Shown one piece after another: positions 43,874 through 44,257 of a DNA stretch of 44,257 nucleotides (position 1 is its first letter; the number at the start of each line of letters is the position of its first letter). The position numbers and the translations under genes are program-made. This stretch comes from Pseudomonadota bacterium (GTDB taxonomy: Bacteria; Bdellovibrionota_C; UBA2361; OMII01): contig OMIG01000240.1 of assembly GCA_900299035.1 (NCBI GenBank), positions 1 through 44,257 on the forward strand. The letters are read 5' to 3'. The notes below the pieces were generated by a model. That model made no database searches, was not told the origin of the DNA, and saw only the letters and a list, made by a program, of their open reading frames with translations.

Positions 43874-44257
43874 TGGCACGGCGGCTCCGCTCAGCCATCA
43901 TCCTTCTCCTGCTGAGCATCGTTGCGCTCACTGTCGCGCTCTGGCCGCAGCTCCTCTCCTACGGTGCCCAGTACGCCCTGCGCTCCGCGCAGTCTCCATC
44001 GCTCAGGCTCTCTTGGAGTGGCGCCACCGGCAGCCACAGCGGAGTGCGCTTTGAGTCTATCGACGCCCTCGTTGCTGTCAGCACCGGGGGGAGCGCTCGC
44101 CTCAAGGCGCTGCCGCTGCGGCTCTCGTTCTCAAATGTCCAGGTTCAGCCCAGCGTCGTGTCCGCGCTTCTCAATCAGCAGGCAGCTACCTTCTCGGCAG
44201 ACATCTTCGGCGGAAGCATATCCGGATCCGTATCAGGCGCGCTGAGCAAGCCGGGCG
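43874..44257 (+). CDS. GspN-like membrane-anchored protein, N-terminal fragment (runs off the right edge)
   Basis: I translated from the ATG at 43874: MARRLRSAIILLLLSIVALTVALWPQLLSYGAQYALRSAQSPSLRLSWSGATG...ADIFGGSISGSVSG. It has a single TM anchor. Its position after the L- and M-like genes suggests GspN, and the family call is tentative. It is not in the ORF track because there is no stop codon. Confidence 0.4.

Noticed and set aside
1-44257. CRISPR arrays, transposases, integrases, prophage genes, toxin-antitoxin pairs or recognisable defence genes.
   Set aside because: I saw no regularly spaced direct repeats and no terminal inverted repeats flanking genes. I also found no recombinase, transposase, nuclease or STAND-NTPase motifs in any supported ORF. 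The window looks like core chromosome.

Overview
This 44.3 kb window is GC-rich, densely packed chromosomal DNA from a diderm (outer-membrane-bearing) bacterium, judged from lpxA, skp, ArnT-like GT-C enzymes and GspL/M/N-like genes. The gene styles loosely suggest a Myxococcota/Bdellovibrionota-type lineage, but that is inference only. I support about 43 protein-coding genes. I found no rRNA, tRNA, CRISPR array, integrase, transposase or other mobile-element signature.

Most of the window is housekeeping:
- mutS (5' fragment)
- rpsA, pnp, rpsO
- lpxA-fabZ-skp
- hpt
- ffh-rpsP-trmD
- rdgB, fbp, ruvAB
- a class A PBP

The ORF track uses the longest possible starts, including GTG and TTG. I re-set several starts using homologue N-termini, Shine-Dalgarno-like motifs and stop/start coupling.

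The less ordinary parts are:
1. A seven-gene, stop/start-coupled reverse-strand operon at 12.1-20.3 kb. It combines hpt, a Wzt/Wzm ABC exporter, two GT4 transferases, a GT-C enzyme fused to a discoidin (F5/8 type C) domain, and a UPF0104 flippase-like protein. No priming transferase, sugar-precursor genes or chain-capping enzyme are visible.
2. A catalytically dead alpha/beta-hydrolase-fold protein coupled by ATGA overlap to a 683-aa helical-repeat protein, next to a divergent small 4-Cys protein (8.8-12.2 kb).
3. A 643-nt non-coding gap, the longest in the window, carrying a dense cluster of ACGTG/CACGT palindromes (33.1-33.7 kb).
4. ruvB coupled to a DUF4390-like gene and an NtrY-like sensor kinase with no partner regulator nearby.
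5. ponA followed by a fused PilM/PilN (GspL-like), a PilO/GspM-like and a GspN-like gene.

I see no clear-cut new system such as a defence island. The glycan operon and the dead-hydrolase/helical-repeat/4-Cys module are the best candidates for undescribed biology, and I have scored them moderately. All family assignments rest on reading motifs in the translations. No database search was run.
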